From positions 496,001-560,000 of the forward strand of contig SMSO01000036.1 of assembly GCA_004764695.1 (NCBI GenBank): DNA of 64,000 nt, in the 5' to 3' direction. Every line of letters starts with the position of its first letter. The stretch's first letter is position 1. Origin of the DNA: Schizochytrium sp. TIO01. Taxonomy: Eukaryota; Protista; Bigyra: Labyrinthulomycetes. Of the stretch, positions 61,527-64,000 are shown in pieces. A program made the translations under genes and the position numbers. The notes beneath the pieces were generated by a model that ran no database searches, was not told the origin of the DNA, and saw only the letters and a program-made list of their open reading frames with translations.

Positions 61527-63728
61527 ATGCCCCTCGAAGAAAAGGGTGCGGAGGTGGTGCCTCGCCGTGCAACCAGACCTTCGTCGAGGTCGCCAACGAA
61601 GCTGCTCTCCTCGAGCGACGAGGAGGATGGCCAGATCCTTAGTAGTGCAAGCGGAAGTAGTAGCCCAGAGTCCTCGCCGCGGAGCCCGAACCCTTTCTCA
61701 AGCGCAGCCATGAACAGAGACAAAAGACATGGAAGGATGTTCCATGCATCATCGTCGTCGTCATCAGCAGCATCGACAGCGGGCCCTTCTGCTGCTTCAA
61801 ATAAGGTGCTCAGCAACGGGGAATTTACAAACCCTGGAAATTCCAGATTCGCCAGATCCAATGTGAACGAAGCAGGGTACATGAATGAAACCAAGGCTAC
61901 CTACGGGGACCCTGACACACCTTTGGACGAGAACATTGATATTAACAGCTCACCCTCGCTCAGATCCCCGTCTTCAGGAAGCATCACCGTTTCGTTCTCG
62001 CCAACGTCAGCTGCGAACAAGGATTTCGTGGGATTCAAAATCCCGGCCAAGTCGCAGCAGGGACCCAGACGCAGCAGTTCACAGGATGACAATGTATCTC
62101 CACAACACAGCCCTGTGCCGCCGCCCTCTCAGCCACCCATGCAATTATCTCGTGGCAAAAAGAAAAATGGCAGTGTCGTCTCTGAAGGAGTCACGTTGGC
62201 ACCACCAGGCCGATCCCCAAGAAGTATGCGTGTTACATTCCAAAAGAATGAAAGCGCAATTGATCAGGAGAATAACCGTGGCCTGAGCAATGGCAAGAAC
62301 CCATTCGGATCTGAACAGATCAACGATACAAACATCATAAGCAACGCTTCGTCCCGTGCCCAGCGTCCCAGCAGGGGTCACACACGTTCCCATTCGGACG
62401 TTCACGGTGGAAGACAAACCGATGAACCTAGTTCTGGTGCTCGCATTATGTGGCCCCAGTCTTGTGCATCTCCAATGTTTAAGACTGTAGACGAGATGAG
62501 AGCAGAGACGCAGGATGATACGCTCTACCTACAGAACGAACCACGCCACAACCGCAGACACGTTCAATATAAAGAAGCAAACCTGAAGGAAGACAGACAA
62601 GCAAACCCAAATCGGCGCCGCAAGACAATGCCAGAACTTCCTCTCGCAACTGCTTGTACTGAGCAACCTCACCGCATTTCACAAAATCACCGCCGCTTAA
62701 TTCAGCACTCTCGTACCTCTCCACGCAATGGTGCCGTGTATGGCAACAGGAATGTTCTTGGAGCACACCCGTCACTCACACGCACTGCTTCCCTGTCATC
62801 CAACTGCCTCCCCCGTCACGATTCATCAGGATCGCATTATATCTCACAACAACAAGTACTTATTGCTGCTTCGCCCGTCAGCATTCAGATGGACCAGGTC
62901 AAGGTCAACGCAATTCCATTTGGCCAAGGATCTTTTGGAACGGTACACAAGGCACTTGACATGGTAACTGGGGCTCAATATGCTGTCAAACGCATCAAAA
63001 CAGACGTAAATGAAGACCTCAAGAAACAGTATAAAAAGGAAGTGGAGGTCATGCAGCAACTGCGCCATGATAACATTGTACAATATATCGCTACCCGTGA
63101 CTTCGATGAAGATGGAAGCATGCTTGAAATTTTCCTCGAGTATGTACCTGGTGGAAGCCTGTCTAGCCTCATTAAGGAATACGGCGCACTCTCACCAGCG
63201 CTCATTCAAAAGTACACTCGCCAAATGGTACAAGGAATTCTTTATTTGCACAATAAGTTCGTTATTCATCGTGACATAAAGGGTGGAAACGTCCTCGTCA
63301 CTCTGGACGGCACCTGCAAGCTCGCTGATTTTGGTTGCTCTCGTCTATTGTCTGATATGCAAACAGCAGACCGTGAGGAAACCCTCAAGCGAATTCGTGG
63401 CTCGGTCCCATGGATGGCGCCTGAGGTCGTACGAGAAACACGATACAATCTCCCAGCTGATATTTGGTCACTTGCCGCGACAGTCCTTGAAATGGGCTCC
63501 GGCCAGCGTCCATGGCCAACCATCGATGAACCCATCGCTGCAATCTTTCAAATTGCCACCCATCCGAGTCCTCCAATTCCTGAGAGAGTACCCGTGGAAG
63601 TACGTCGGTTTATGAGCTTTTGTTTTGTATCGGATCCTGACGCACGCCCTACCGCCAGTGATCTCCTTGGTCATCCATTCCTCGCCACAGCAACAGCAAC
63701 ACTGCAGTCCCAAAAATTTTCTTACTGA
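61527..63728 (+). CDS. Ser/Thr protein kinase, STE11/MEKK (MAPKKK) family, with long disordered N-terminus, ~733 aa
   Basis: GQGSFGTV, YAVK, IFLEYVPGGSL, HRDIKGGNVL, LADFG, GSVPWMAPE and ADIWS motifs. Start placed at GGCCATG 61527 because the ORF extension to 61338 lies in an AT island; the start is uncertain. Confidence 0.92.
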   Translation: MPLEEKGAEVVPRRATRPSSRSPTKLLSSSDEEDGQILSSASGSSSPESSPRSPNPFSSAAMNRDKRHGRMFHASSSSSSAASTAGPSAASNKVLSNGEFTNPGNSRFARSNVNEAGYMNETKATYGDPDTPLDENIDINSSPSLRSPSSGSITVSFSPTSAANKDFVGFKIPAKSQQGPRRSSSQDDNVSPQHSPVPPPSQPPMQLSRGKKKNGSVVSEGVTLAPPGRSPRSMRVTFQKNESAIDQENNRGLSNGKNPFGSEQINDTNIISNASSRAQRPSRGHTRSHSDVHGGRQTDEPSSGARIMWPQSCASPMFKTVDEMRAETQDDTLYLQNEPRHNRRHVQYKEANLKEDRQANPNRRRKTMPELPLATACTEQPHRISQNHRRLIQHSRTSPRNGAVYGNRNVLGAHPSLTRTASLSSNCLPRHDSSGSHYISQQQVLIAASPVSIQMDQVKVNAIPFGQGSFGTVHKALDMVTGAQYAVKRIKTDVNEDLKKQYKKEVEVMQQLRHDNIVQYIATRDFDEDGSMLEIFLEYVPGGSLSSLIKEYGALSPALIQKYTRQMVQGILYLHNKFVIHRDIKGGNVLVTLDGTCKLADFGCSRLLSDMQTADREETLKRIRGSVPWMAPEVVRETRYNLPADIWSLAATVLEMGSGQRPWPTIDEPIAAIFQIATHPSPPIPERVPVEVRRFMSFCFVSDPDARPTASDLLGHPFLATATATLQSQKFSY

Positions 63729-64000
63729 GTACAATACCATTTGCAATGACACCCACCATCAACATCTTTGTTTTACGGACAAAATCAATTTGGCCGCATT
63801 TATAGAAGACTATTTGCGTTGCTTTTCCACTCCTGACCAGTATCTTCGCTTCTTGTGATTGAATTAAGCAGCATCTCTTTTCATAACACCCCGCTCGTGT
63901 AAATTTTTAAATGATATCCACACACAAGCCCGTACATACCTGCATCGCTAATTTTTATAATATTTGTTTCACCAAATTTTCATTTATTACTGTAGTTTGT

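Noticed and set aside
9249-63728. MYB3R plus NPK1-like kinase as a cytokinesis gene cluster
   Set aside because: They are 50 kb apart with unrelated genes between, both families are large, and orthology cannot be shown from sequence.

Overview
Eukaryotic nuclear DNA with long, intron-free genes, GC-rich coding sequence and intergenic DNA rich in microsatellites and AT islands. This style suggests a thraustochytrid/labyrinthulomycete-type protist, which is an inference only. Six confident host genes are present: a four-repeat MYB factor with an N-myristoylation-type N-terminus (9249-11360), an Rdx/SelW-like CxxC protein with an inserted C2H2 finger (12043-13221), a Yip1/YIPF5-like protein (minus, 13404-14630), an archaeal-type RibB/DHBP synthase (21103-21897), eIF3j (23532-24320) and a STE11/MAPKKK-type kinase (61527-63728). 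The first ~3.3 kb differ from the rest. They hold three tightly packed AT-rich ORFans and then a highly ordered non-coding block: a 219-bp duplication, about 15 helically phased decamers, hairpins, a strand-skewed C-rich tract and a 136/142-bp array whose telomere-like motif faces an inverted copy. This looks like the terminus or origin region of an integrated virus-like element. About 37 kb between eIF3j and the kinase has no credible intact gene, only decayed transposon fragments, microsatellites and recurring AT islands. No rRNA, tRNA or CRISPR array was recognised.
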